This document shows positions 19,547 through 28,934 of a DNA stretch of 64,000 nucleotides, one piece after another; within the stretch, counting starts at the first letter, position 1, and the number at the start of each line of letters is the position of its first letter. A model generated the notes under the pieces. That model did no database searches and was not told where the DNA came from. It saw nothing but the letters and a program-made list of their open reading frames with translations. Where the stretch lies: positions 768,001 to 832,000 of the forward strand of contig OZ252149.1 in the NCBI GenBank assembly GCA_965248755.1, given 5' to 3'. Position numbers and translations under genes: made by a program. This DNA comes from Candidatus Latescibacterota bacterium. GTDB lineage: Bacteria > Latescibacterota > CBDEFO01.

Positions 19547-19878
19547 AGCGCTGGACAACGGTTCGATCTTTCTTTCTAGATCCTATTTGGTAAGTACCGA
19601 ATATTAGGGGTTTGTCAAGAATATGTTCCGAGCGGAAAGGCCGATTGGAACGGTGTTGTAGAGCGTTTTTTCAGGACCCTCAAGCAAGAGTGTGTTTGAC
19701 TTCACAGCTTCGAATCCTTTGAGCAAGCTGAGAAGATCATATCTCAGTGGATCGATAATTACGACAAGAACCGTCTTCATTCATCCCTGGGATACAAGAC
19801 CCTGCAAGAATGGAGAAAACAATAATATCTGCTACCCCAAGTTGCTTAATCGGTGTCGCTTTCCAGGGGGGCAGTACA
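19547..19878 (+). pseudogene. Degenerate 3' fragment of the same IS3 element
   Basis: Near-copy of about 19066-19399 with a TAG at the TEYW codon and other changes. Confidence 0.85.
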
Positions 19879-20179
19879 ATCCTTCTTAAACCAAACTCCT
19901 TACAAAACCTTTTCTCAATTCATTTCACAAGCGAAAAAGTTTAAAGTTAAACGGAAGACCTTCGACGAACTGATTGAGATCATGGTCAAGGGGAAATGTC
20001 AGAATTTACGTCATATAGAGGAAGTGGTTTCTAACGTATTTTCCCAATTTGAGGATATTTTTGAGGAATTAGGCTTTGACCTTTACTATGACGATGTAGA
20101 TCCGAATAAACCGATGAAGAGATTCGCTTAGTGAAAATTGCCCGCGTGCGTCATCCGCTTCGTGGACGCTGGCAAAAAT

Positions 20180-20283
20180 TGAACTAATCAGATTAACATA
20201 AGAATTCGGGATAAAATGTGACGACCACAATCCTTCTGATTCGGCACGGAGAAACCGCTTGGAATCGAGGGAAGATATTCCGC
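20180..20283 (+). repeat. 104-bp direct repeat copy 2
   Basis: Matches 17491-17594. Confidence 0.95.
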
Positions 20284-20859
20284 GGTACGTATGATGTTCC
20301 CTTGAACGAAAACGGAGAAAAACAGGCGAAATTCCTGGCAAAGGCACTCGGTTCTCGTCAAATCGACGCTGCCTACATCAGTCCCCTGTCACGCGCACAG
20401 AAAACCGCTCAGATCGTCCTTGAGAATCGAGGCATTGACGCTGTGATAGACAAACGTCTAATCGATTTCTGCTACGGTGAATGGGAAGGGCTCGAAGAAT
20501 CTGAGGTCGCCCACCGATGGCCCAAGGAACATAATCTGTGGATTTCCCATCCAGAATCAGTGCGGGTTCCTGGGGGAAATACGCTCCAGGAAGTATACGA
20601 AACGGTATTTTCAGCCATGGAGGAGTTTGCATCGAGACATCAGAGCCAGACGGTCGCTCTTTTTGCCCACCGCGTCGTAAACAAGCTGTTGGTGCTCGGC
20701 GCAATGGATCTCGGTATTGAACGATTCCCATTCATCCGCCAGGACAATAGCTGTTTGAATGAGTTTGAGAGAACTAAAGAAGGTTATGTGATTTGCAGTC
20801 TCAACGATACCTGTCACATACGCCAGGCGAATATTGATGTACTAACGGAGGATTTTTGA
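20218..20859 (+). CDS. Histidine phosphatase (PGM/CobC-like)
   Basis: LIRHGETAWN, SPLSRA, YGEWEG, FAH. Confidence 0.9.
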   Translation: MTTTILLIRHGETAWNRGKIFRGTYDVPLNENGEKQAKFLAKALGSRQIDAAYISPLSRAQKTAQIVLENRGIDAVIDKRLIDFCYGEWEGLEESEVAHRWPKEHNLWISHPESVRVPGGNTLQEVYETVFSAMEEFASRHQSQTVALFAHRVVNKLLVLGAMDLGIERFPFIRQDNSCLNEFERTKEGYVICSLNDTCHIRQANIDVLTEDF

Positions 20860-20947
20860 GATTGCAGAGGTTTCATTCAAGAGTATCGAATTGATCTTCG
20901 ATCGCCCATAGCATCAATTAGGTATTGAATCGGGGATTGATCTAAAT

Positions 20948-22216
20948 ATGAAACAGTTTTTATCAAAGATACAGTCGTTTTTCCAAAAATATAGAAAAGC
21001 GACACTCATTATAACTGTTTTAGCTATTGTTCTTCCAGAGGTTACGGTCTATTTTCACAGACCAGCACGTGGTGGAGATATGCATGGATATGTCCAAGCG
21101 GGCAATGACGCGTTGAAACTAAATGACTTATACCGTGATTCAGCTCCCAGTAAGAATAACACTTGGCCACCATTTTTCTCGTTTTTTATAATGCCACTTG
21201 CGCTCTCTGAAAAATATTTAGGTAGGCCAATTACCAAGGAATTATGGTATCTATTCAACTTTTTATGTCTACTCTGGACAATTAAGCTTTGGACGTTGTT
21301 CTTATTAGATCAAAAACCAAAATTTATCTCTGACCATCACATAGATTTTACCTCACCTTCTGTCTTTATGCCAGTTTTGTTCATTATACCAGCTATCATA
21401 AACAATTTTTTTCACCTTCAAATTAACACCTTCATTCTATTTCTGGTCACTTTGGGTCTTTATTATGTTAGGAGTGAAAGGTCTCTCCTTGCTGGCACGA
21501 TGCTCGGCCTGGCCGCTTCGATTAAAGCATTTCCCGGTTTGTTCTTACTCTATTATCTGATTAGAAGACAATGGAGAATAGCTGGCTGGATTTGTCTTAT
21601 GGGATTACTGTTTACTCTTAGCCCTGTATTTTTCTACGGGATAGATAGTTACGTTGAACTTATGAAAAGGTGGTTATCCATAAGCCTTATAGATAAATTT
21701 GTCGTTGGAAGTGGTAGATATAATTATCAGTCCCTTTACGCTATGTGGGAGTATTATCTGGCTTATCACTTAAAAATAACCGAACCGGCATCTTTATTGA
21801 TACGCAGCGCAACTAAGGTATCAGTTTTATTATTATTCATTTCATCCCTGTTCGTCTTTTTAAAAAAGGAATATGATAAAAATTCTATTACAGCGTTAAT
21901 GGAATACTCGTTAATATGCGTTTTAATGATTTTGTTTTCACCCATTGCTTGGAGACACTATTGGGTTTATGTATATCCAGCATCTGCGACAGTATTTATA
22001 TATCTGAAGAATAATCCTAAACTTTACCAGAAAAGAGCAATTAGATTCTTAATGATCGCATGGATAGCGTTATTGTTAGTGCCGTACATATCTGGTAGTC
22101 ATATAAGGAGTTTTATCAGGACATTTTCAAACTTTACATTCTCAGCAATTCTGTTAAATATTTTGTTATTGATTTTACATTACAGATATAATTATTCAGA
22201 TAAATCAAGAACGTAA
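20948..22216 (+). CDS. GT87/DUF2029 (GT-C) membrane glycosyltransferase, AT-rich
   Basis: GDM, TWPPFF, QIN, AASIKAFP, QSL and SPIAWRHY motifs; polytopic. Confidence 0.8.
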   Translation: MKQFLSKIQSFFQKYRKATLIITVLAIVLPEVTVYFHRPARGGDMHGYVQAGNDALKLNDLYRDSAPSKNNTWPPFFSFFIMPLALSEKYLGRPITKELWYLFNFLCLLWTIKLWTLFLLDQKPKFISDHHIDFTSPSVFMPVLFIIPAIINNFFHLQINTFILFLVTLGLYYVRSERSLLAGTMLGLAASIKAFPGLFLLYYLIRRQWRIAGWICLMGLLFTLSPVFFYGIDSYVELMKRWLSISLIDKFVVGSGRYNYQSLYAMWEYYLAYHLKITEPASLLIRSATKVSVLLLFISSLFVFLKKEYDKNSITALMEYSLICVLMILFSPIAWRHYWVYVYPASATVFIYLKNNPKLYQKRAIRFLMIAWIALLLVPYISGSHIRSFIRTFSNFTFSAILLNILLLILHYRYNYSDKSRT

Positions 22217-22290
22217 AGTCCTTTCGTCTACGTAACTGCAGTTGGGCGAAAGCTTCACAGCAAGCATCTAAAGAGAGAGGGGTTACAGCC

Positions 22291-23109
22291 GTGACAATGC
22301 GCTACATCACACCAGAAGCACTTATTAAAAACCGTCTTGGAAGTAACCCTTTGCCACAGTGGTTTGCGGCAATTTTATGCTTTCACGGCCCTAAACATTC
22401 AGAACGGCTTGTAAAAGAATTTAATGCACAACCGCTGGGCTACAATGTCTTTTTGGGGTTAGGGGAGTCACAAGTATATGAAGTAATTGTGGGAGATAGA
22501 CGTATTGGAATCCTTACTGGCTTAGTTGGGGCAGGTCCACAGGCGGCAATTCTGGTGGAAGAATTAGCGTATCTGGATGTAAAATATCTGATCGGCTATG
22601 GAGCTGCTGGCAGCATCCATCCAAAATTGCCTAAGGGACAACAGGTTGTTGCTAAGTTAGCATTACCAACTGACGGAACAAGTCAAATATATTGTCCAGA
22701 TTCGAAAGAAATCGCGGCCGATCCGGAATTGCTAGAGTTAGCTGTTAATGTAGGGAAGAGCTTATCATGTGATATACAGCAGGTTACTGCTGCAACTGTA
22801 GATGCACTATACAGAGAAACTGAGAGCCTAATTTCAACCTGGCGGGAAAAAGGAGCTCAAATCATAAATATGGAGACAACACCATTCTATGCTGCATCTG
22901 ATGTCTGTGGGCGGCACAGCCGCTTTGTTGGGAAGGAGGCAACAAGCCACGAAATGAGTGGTATTAAAAGCGTTTGGTTTGGTCATATTAGTGACCGTCT
23001 GATTAAGGGAGAATGGGAAGATTGGTATGTTGATCGAGATGAGATGTCATCTGAAAGCGCAAGAATTTGCTTAGAATTCATGAATTCTTTGGTTCAACAA
23101 AGAATCTAA
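22291..23109 (+). CDS. Nucleoside phosphorylase (PNP/UDP family)
   Basis: GAGPQAA..EEL, GAAGSI, DALYRET, NMET, ISD. Confidence 0.8.
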   Translation: MTMRYITPEALIKNRLGSNPLPQWFAAILCFHGPKHSERLVKEFNAQPLGYNVFLGLGESQVYEVIVGDRRIGILTGLVGAGPQAAILVEELAYLDVKYLIGYGAAGSIHPKLPKGQQVVAKLALPTDGTSQIYCPDSKEIAADPELLELAVNVGKSLSCDIQQVTAATVDALYRETESLISTWREKGAQIINMETTPFYAASDVCGRHSRFVGKEATSHEMSGIKSVWFGHISDRLIKGEWEDWYVDRDEMSSESARICLEFMNSLVQQRI

Positions 23110-23246
23110 GTAGCAGGAAAAACCTGGAGATGATTTTGGAAATCCGAAATAGTGGATAGCATACCGACACGGGAGTTGGTGCCCTCTCTACCCCGACCCC
23201 CAATAGATTCGATTGGGGGCTACTGTACAATAGAAAGAGGTGTTGT

Positions 23247-24659
23247 CTAGCTGGTGGAAGAACAATTTGCCATGCGCTGCTCCATCTGTAGACGGAAGTG
23301 CACCGCAGGGTTTGTGTCATCATACTCGACGTCAGACCAACGAACAGGCTGACCCGCTGGTATCTCATTTTTAAGCCTCACGTTATGCGCCAGGCCAATA
23401 GGGATCATACGGTCCGCTTCGGGGCTTGTTACCTTGTCCACTAAGAGAGCGGCCTTGCCCGCCTTTAGGGAATCCTCCGCGGGCATGAGCGAACCATAGA
23501 CGCTATACCCGCCTTCCCCGTCTAACAATTCGCCCGCCTTTAGATCACGCTTGGCCGTTGCGATGACATCAGCCCTGAATCCGACGGGGGATCCCGTCGC
23601 CTCACCCCGCAAGCCAGCCTTCAGAATACTTACAGTCAGTTCCAGGCCGACCAGGTGATAGGGCCGATACATGGACGCATAGCATCCGGTGGAGTCGGTC
23701 AAGAGGCCATACTCGGCAAAGCAGTGCCTGACATAGTCACTTGGCGCTTCGAAGGTGACGTAGACCCCCCAGCGCAGGTCGCGGTCTACCGGCCGACCAT
23801 CGCGCTCGAGGCTGGAGATAACCTCAACCGTGCCTTTGTGAGCAAGCTGGCCACCGTCGCTTTTAGGCCGGCAAACGTTCGGCAGATCATCGATCCCGCA
23901 GGGCGGAAAGCGCAGCCCCTCCGGCTGGGGCTGTAAGTTAGTGGCGTTGGCCACCGCCGCCATTTCAACGGCTGACTTGGTGCCATCGAGGAAGGAGTTG
24001 AACATCCGGGGATTTAAATTGCCCTGCGCAACCATCTCCTCCGAGAAGCCATAGTGCTCCCAGACTGTATCGGGTGTAGAAGTGTGGTAGATGGGCAGAT
24101 ACTTGGTCCCTTTGCCCGCGCAAACGACCTCAAAGCCACTGGTCCGGGCCCACTCCACCAGTTCGCAGATCAAGGCAGGCTGGTCACCGTAGGCCAGGCT
24201 ATAGACGACACCAGCCGCAGCAGCGTGTTCGGCCAGGAGGGGGCCGGCCAACGCATCTGCTTCCACGTTGACCATGACCACGTGCCGGCCGTTTTCAAAC
24301 GCCTTCAGCGCATACTGGATACCGACAGACGGGTCGCCTGTTGCCTCAACCACAACTTCCAGGCCATTGGCCTGGATAAGTGACTCGCCGTTGTCGGTGA
24401 GATAGGTGGAGCCGGTTTTGAGGGCCTGCGCAAAGCTCGTCGCCGCAAACTGCTCCGGCAGCCACTCGGCGCGTCGCAGCGCCTTTGAAGCGCGCTCAGG
24501 TGACAGATCGGCTATCCCCAAAACGTGCAGCCCCGGCACTCGACGAGCCTGGCTCAGGAACATGGTCCCGAATTTGCCCGCCCCAATCAGCCCCACCCTC
24601 AGCGGATTACCAGACTCGACACGGGCAGATAATAACTGCAGCAATTGACCTCCGGTCAT
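23247..24659 (-). CDS. NAD(P)-dependent oxidoreductase with C-terminal SAF domain (homoserine dehydrogenase-like)
   Basis: GLIGAGKFG, NVEAD, GDQP, DGTKSAVEM, RPYHLVGLE, AKRDL..GE.LDGEGG; AGGAG before ATG 24659. Confidence 0.85.
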   Translation of the reverse strand: MTGGQLLQLLSARVESGNPLRVGLIGAGKFGTMFLSQARRVPGLHVLGIADLSPERASKALRRAEWLPEQFAATSFAQALKTGSTYLTDNGESLIQANGLEVVVEATGDPSVGIQYALKAFENGRHVVMVNVEADALAGPLLAEHAAAAGVVYSLAYGDQPALICELVEWARTSGFEVVCAGKGTKYLPIYHTSTPDTVWEHYGFSEEMVAQGNLNPRMFNSFLDGTKSAVEMAAVANATNLQPQPEGLRFPPCGIDDLPNVCRPKSDGGQLAHKGTVEVISSLERDGRPVDRDLRWGVYVTFEAPSDYVRHCFAEYGLLTDSTGCYASMYRPYHLVGLELTVSILKAGLRGEATGSPVGFRADVIATAKRDLKAGELLDGEGGYSVYGSLMPAEDSLKAGKAALLVDKVTSPEADRMIPIGLAHNVRLKNEIPAGQPVRWSDVEYDDTNPAVHFRLQMEQRMANCSSTS

Positions 24660-25229
24660 TATTAAACTCCTAAGTTCGTCTGAGCCATAGCCGAACGTAA
24701 TGACGCCACGTGGAGTCACTGCCATCGGCTTGACTCACGATAGGCACTCCGCGGGTGTGGCTTCAAATCCTGCCCTTAGCGGATAGGAACAGACCCCTTA
24801 GAACCGTAGAATAGCGGCGGATCGCGTTCCTCAACCGCTTACGAATGGCGGTATGCTGACGCAATCCCTACAAAGCGGGAAGCCCTCACCGCTTCGATTC
24901 TTCAGGATCGGGCTTTTATAAAGCAACCTAAGATGTAAGACCTGACGAGGCTCTTCCGTGGAGCGCTGGACAGGCTTCTCCCTATGGGCCATGGTCTGGT
25001 CCATAGGGTTATGTGCGTAGTCTTACAAGAATACGGCAACGTGCGCTGTATAGTCTGGCAAGGCTGGAACAGGAACAAGCTGCGATTGAATCCCCAATTG
25101 TTTCTATTGGGGATCGGGAATCAACACAAGATACTCTTATCTAAAGAGTTTGGCAAGAAAAATCCCTTGCATGGGATACAGAAGAATGAGTTTTCGTAAA
25201 ATCCTTATAAAATTGAGCCTCATAACCCC

Positions 25230-25258
25230 TTGATTTTACAAAGTAATTTTTTTATAAT
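25230..25258 (+). promoter_or_regulatory. Sigma70-type promoter candidate
   Basis: TTGATT-17-TATAAT. Confidence 0.5.
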
Positions 25259-25326
25259 AAGATCAATGACTTTCGCTTCGTGTTTCTACCAAGCATCAAT
25301 CGCGTATCTAAGCAACGAGGTCAACA

Positions 25327-25515
25327 ATGTCAGCCGCGAGGGTTAAGTGCAAACACTGCAAAGGAAAAGGCAAGTGCGATTGCGGCAGTTGTGGGGTATG
25401 GGACGGCAAATCTGTCGGGAAAGACACTGGCTTACCAAGACGTGAATATGGCATCTGTGCAACTTGTGGTGGCAGGGGTTATCAGGAGGAGGGCTGCTGG
25501 CAGAACAACGGATAA
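25327..25515 (+). CDS. Small DnaJ-like zinc-finger protein (62 aa)
   Basis: CKHCKGKG, CDCGSCG and CATCGGRG motifs; GAGG RBS; upstream promoter candidate. Confidence 0.55.
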   Translation: MSAARVKCKHCKGKGKCDCGSCGVWDGKSVGKDTGLPRREYGICATCGGRGYQEEGCWQNNG

Positions 25516-25606
25516 GAGCATTGGTAGCTTTTATTCCTGAACAGAAAAAACCAGAATATAGATGATTTCAGCAAACTCCTATTTTCAAAAGTGAGGAATG
25601 AACTGT

Positions 25607-26515
25607 ATGGAACTGCAACCTATACCGAATACACAACTAAGTGTCTCAACGATCTGCTTGGGCACGATGACCTTCGGCAGACCCGTCGCTGAGGCTGAGG
25701 CGATTCGTATCGTCCATCAGGCTATTGACAACGGCATCAATTTCATCGATACCGCCGACATATACGAAGGTTATGACCGTTTCCTGGGTTCTCCCGGAGG
25801 TGTGGCGGAAGCGATTCTTGGAAAAGCGCTTGAGGGACGTCGCCAGCAAGTGGTCATCACTACCAAGGTAGGCAACCCCGTCGGCGGAGGAGGATACGAT
25901 GGTGGTGGTCTGGGTCACACGCACATAAGCCATCAAATTGATGCCAGCCTCCAACGTCTGCAGACCGACTACGTGGACTTTTATGAGTTGCACCGTCCTG
26001 ATCCGAAGACGCCGCTGGACGAATCGCTTGCCGTGATAGAACAACTAATTGTTGCAGGCAAAGTTCGCCACTGGGGTTTTTCAAACTTTGACGCCACCCA
26101 GATCCGCGAAATGATCGTTCTCTGCGACGCCAATGGCTGGCCGAGACCTGTGATCAGCCAGCCACCTTACAGCTGGCTCACGCGCGATGTGGAGGCTGAG
26201 CATTTGCCAGTTTGTCGGGAGTATGAGATTGCCGTGACGCCTTATAAGCCGTTGGAGGGCGGTTTGCTGACGGGGAAATATCAACGGGGTCAAAGAATCC
26301 CTCCCGACAGTCGCGCTACCGAGATCCCGAACTGGATCGCCGTTCCCGACGATGCCATGTACTCTAGGCTGGAAGAGTACGAGAAGGAAGCCCAAGCCGC
26401 AGGCCTCAAGCTGGCCCGGTACGCTTTAAGGTGGCTTTTGGACCAACCCGGTGTTTGCAGTGTCGTCGTCGGGATAAGGCGCATCGAGCAGTTGGAGGGA
26501 CTTCTGAAGACTTGA
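25607..26515 (+). CDS. Aldo/keto reductase
   Basis: LGTMTFG, FIDTADIY, SLQRLQTDYVD, GKVRHWGFSN, GGLLTGKY; alternative start at 25598. Confidence 0.92.
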   Translation: MELQPIPNTQLSVSTICLGTMTFGRPVAEAEAIRIVHQAIDNGINFIDTADIYEGYDRFLGSPGGVAEAILGKALEGRRQQVVITTKVGNPVGGGGYDGGGLGHTHISHQIDASLQRLQTDYVDFYELHRPDPKTPLDESLAVIEQLIVAGKVRHWGFSNFDATQIREMIVLCDANGWPRPVISQPPYSWLTRDVEAEHLPVCREYEIAVTPYKPLEGGLLTGKYQRGQRIPPDSRATEIPNWIAVPDDAMYSRLEEYEKEAQAAGLKLARYALRWLLDQPGVCSVVVGIRRIEQLEGLLKT

Positions 26516-26625
26516 GATCGTTGCAGATCACGGAAAATGACAAGTGAGATAGCCTGTCCGCGCGCTGTTCAAGATGGCGCACCGGCTCTTGGGATTGATT
26601 GAGAAAACACAGAGGGGCAATGGCT

Positions 26626-26712
26626 ATGAAGATAACCGATGTGATCCTTCAGTGTTACGCATGCCCGTGTCCAGAACCCATCAGGAATGGGAAATAGACC
26701 TGCACGACGTAG
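26626..26712 (+). pseudogene. Remnant N-terminus resembling an enolase-superfamily (mandelate racemase) gene
   Basis: MKITDVILQCYACPCPEPIRNGK* after a GAGGGG RBS. Confidence 0.35.
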
Positions 26713-26738
26713 GTGTTCGGAGTCCATTCTAGGATACC

Positions 26739-26763
26739 GTAGGGGCAGACCCGCGTGTCTGCC
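26739..26763 (+). repeat. GTAG-type REP-like palindrome
   Basis: GTAG-GGGCAGAC-CCGCGT-GTCTGCC. Confidence 0.55.
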
Positions 26764-26904
26764 ATGCAAATAAGGATAAATCGGGCGTGTCAGAAAGGGC
26801 AGCACGGACGCCTTGCGGGGTCAAGTGGCAACTAACCACGAATTAATGTGACGCTCCACACTGGGGGTTCCCCCTAAATAGAACTGTGCGAAAAGGAGTA
26901 ATTT

Positions 26905-27681
26905 ATGCAGATGGAATGTACAAAGTGCGGCACATCAGTTTCAGAAGGCGCAAACTTCTGCCCTAACTGCGGAACCAAAGTTGAATCTAACAAATCCTGT
27001 CCTAACTGCGGAGTGGAGGTGGAAAAGGAGGACAGCTTCTGCGGAGAATGCGGACAGGAGCTGAGTATATCTGAAGCTAAGACAGATGATATAGATCCCA
27101 AGGAGGAGCGCTCAGGAACAACGTCTTCCACTTACCCAGTTCTGAAGTGGGTCTCTATCCTTACCATTCCTGTCATTGTAGTGCTCGCGATTGTCTTAGC
27201 TCAGCGAAGCGGAAAGGTCGAACAAGCTCCTTCCGGGGGAGTGATGTCTCCTCCCGGGGGCTCAGAGGTGATGGAGCAGGTCTTTCGGGAGATTGAAGAT
27301 TTGAAAGAGCAGATTGAGGTAGACCCTAAGAATACTGCTGCTTTAGTGAGACTGGGCAATATGTACCGAGACGCCGGGAAGTTCGAGCAAGCGATCGATT
27401 ACTACAACAGATCTCTCGAAGCGGACTCCACCAATGTGGACGTCAGAGTTGAAATTGCTGTGTGTTATTTCAAAGCAGAAGAACCACAAAGAGCCATACA
27501 GGAGCTAACTGCCACTCTTAAGTACGATTCCAAGCATCTGGATGCCCTGTTTTATATAGGTGGTATGAACGCTTCTGTCGGAAAATGGCAGGAAGCCGAA
27601 ATGTGGTGGGGAAAGCTTATCGAGCTTTATCCTGATGACCATATGGCCCACATGGCCAAAGAGGCGTTGGAGGGGAGGTGA
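26905..27681 (+). CDS. Double zinc ribbon + TM + TPR protein
   Basis: Four CxxCG motifs, one TM segment, TPR repeats (ALVRLGNMY..GKFEQAIDYY). Confidence 0.8.
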   Translation: MQMECTKCGTSVSEGANFCPNCGTKVESNKSCPNCGVEVEKEDSFCGECGQELSISEAKTDDIDPKEERSGTTSSTYPVLKWVSILTIPVIVVLAIVLAQRSGKVEQAPSGGVMSPPGGSEVMEQVFREIEDLKEQIEVDPKNTAALVRLGNMYRDAGKFEQAIDYYNRSLEADSTNVDVRVEIAVCYFKAEEPQRAIQELTATLKYDSKHLDALFYIGGMNASVGKWQEAEMWWGKLIELYPDDHMAHMAKEALEGR

Positions 27682-27693
27682 TTTTTCTCTGCT

Positions 27694-28605
27694 TTAGCCC
27701 TGGCTGCATCTGCAGAACCATCCCTCTTCTCCCTTAAATATCCTGTGACCGCAGGCGGTGCAGTGTACGGCCGTCCCGCTGTACTCTCCATTTCTGGCGC
27801 CGTTTAAGAGCGTTCGCACTTCTTTTTGCATCCACTTCAGATCTCTCTCACTTCCCCAGGGCGCCGACTCAATCGTTATGGGGTCGCCAAAATCCATCGT
27901 GTCCAGACAATCTACGAAATCCGCCCAGTTGATGGTCCCGTAGGGTGGCTGGAGGTGCATATCTTTCATGCCGTCGTTATCGTGAATATGAAACGTAATT
28001 ATCTTGTCTTTCAAGATCTCCATAGTTCCCCTCATATCCCCATTTACGTGGGCATGACCCGTATCGAAGCAGACACCCAGCCACTCAGAACCGATGTCCT
28101 CCACCACACCCAAGATTTCCCTTCCATCTGCACCTGGATGCTTGGGGAGCATGTTCTCCAGGGCTATCTTGACCCCTTCAGACTGTGCTACAGGCACCAG
28201 CTCGGACAGACTCTCCCTGATAAGGGAATGCATAGTCGGAATATCTTCGTCCTTCTCAACACTAGACCCCGGATGCACGACGATCATCTCCACGCCCGCT
28301 AAAGAAACATTCCTCAACAGTCTCTTGTGGACATCTAGAGCCTCTTTCCTCTGACCTTTATCTAAAGCGGAAAGATTCTCCCTCTCCCCGAAGGGAGCGT
28401 GGACAGACCGCAAAGCTATGCCGCTTTCCCTGAATGCCGCCCCGGTATCCTTCAGCTTTTGATCGCTCGAATTCAAGTAGAATATAAAACCCGTCTCTGT
28501 GGTCTCCACTTCGTTGGCCAGCAGTATAGGCAAACCGGTATCTATCTGTTCGTAACTGCCAGTCGTAATCGCCAGAAAGTTCCCTATTATTGTCGCTACC
28601 CTCAT
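27694..28605 (-). CDS. Sugar phosphate isomerase/epimerase with a Cys-rich C-terminal tail
   Basis: SVHAP, ALEN, FDTGH, HIHDNDG..D.H; CTACGH..WFCRC tail. Confidence 0.85.
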   Translation of the reverse strand: MRVATIIGNFLAITTGSYEQIDTGLPILLANEVETTETGFIFYLNSSDQKLKDTGAAFRESGIALRSVHAPFGERENLSALDKGQRKEALDVHKRLLRNVSLAGVEMIVVHPGSSVEKDEDIPTMHSLIRESLSELVPVAQSEGVKIALENMLPKHPGADGREILGVVEDIGSEWLGVCFDTGHAHVNGDMRGTMEILKDKIITFHIHDNDGMKDMHLQPPYGTINWADFVDCLDTMDFGDPITIESAPWGSERDLKWMQKEVRTLLNGARNGEYSGTAVHCTACGHRIFKGEEGWFCRCSQG

Positions 28606-28934
28606 ATTTATTGTAACCTTTCTATATCTTGACGGGGATATCGAAGAAGTTTTTGGGGGAAAATTGTGAACTATCCATAGAGGGCACCTGTAAAACGATA
28701 CAAAGACATGAAAAACACACTTCGGTGTAAAGTATTTTTGAAGGGAAGAAGGGCTGATAGACTTTCACAAACCCATTGACAACTGGTGTTTCAAAAGTTT
28801 ATTATTATACGTGTGCTATACCTTATGAATATATTAAAAAAGGTCGTGTAGTCAATACCTAATTCTATTTTTTTCAAAGTGATCTTTTGATTAGCTGACC
28901 CTTTGTTTATATTTACATTAGGAGGTGGTTTCAA

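Larger units (their letters stand above)
18134..19878 (+). mobile_element. IS3-family element with an extra distal right end, flanked by an ATCC target duplication
   Basis: IRL-like CATACCGCTCCCCTTGACAGAGCGACA; IRR TGTCGCTTTCC...GCAGTACA ending at 19399 and again at 19878; ATCC at 18130-18133 and 19879-19882. Confidence 0.85.
17603..20131 (+). pseudogene. Kanamycin nucleotidyltransferase (KNTase/ANT(4'))-like gene interrupted by an IS
   Basis: ASYARNEDFDYSDLE nucleotidyltransferase motif; 17603-18133 joins 19883-20131 in frame (VLS|FLNQTPY). Confidence 0.75.

Noticed and set aside
23247..24659. Calling the SAF-domain protein FlgA
   Set aside because: It has a Rossmann dehydrogenase domain and lies outside the flagellar cluster.
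24750..24775. tRNA-like TTCAAATCC segment
   Set aside because: No matching T-stem, acceptor stem or anticodon arm could be built.
24940..24980. SAH-riboswitch-like GGAGCGCTG
   Set aside because: Supporting stems not found and no credible downstream gene on that strand.
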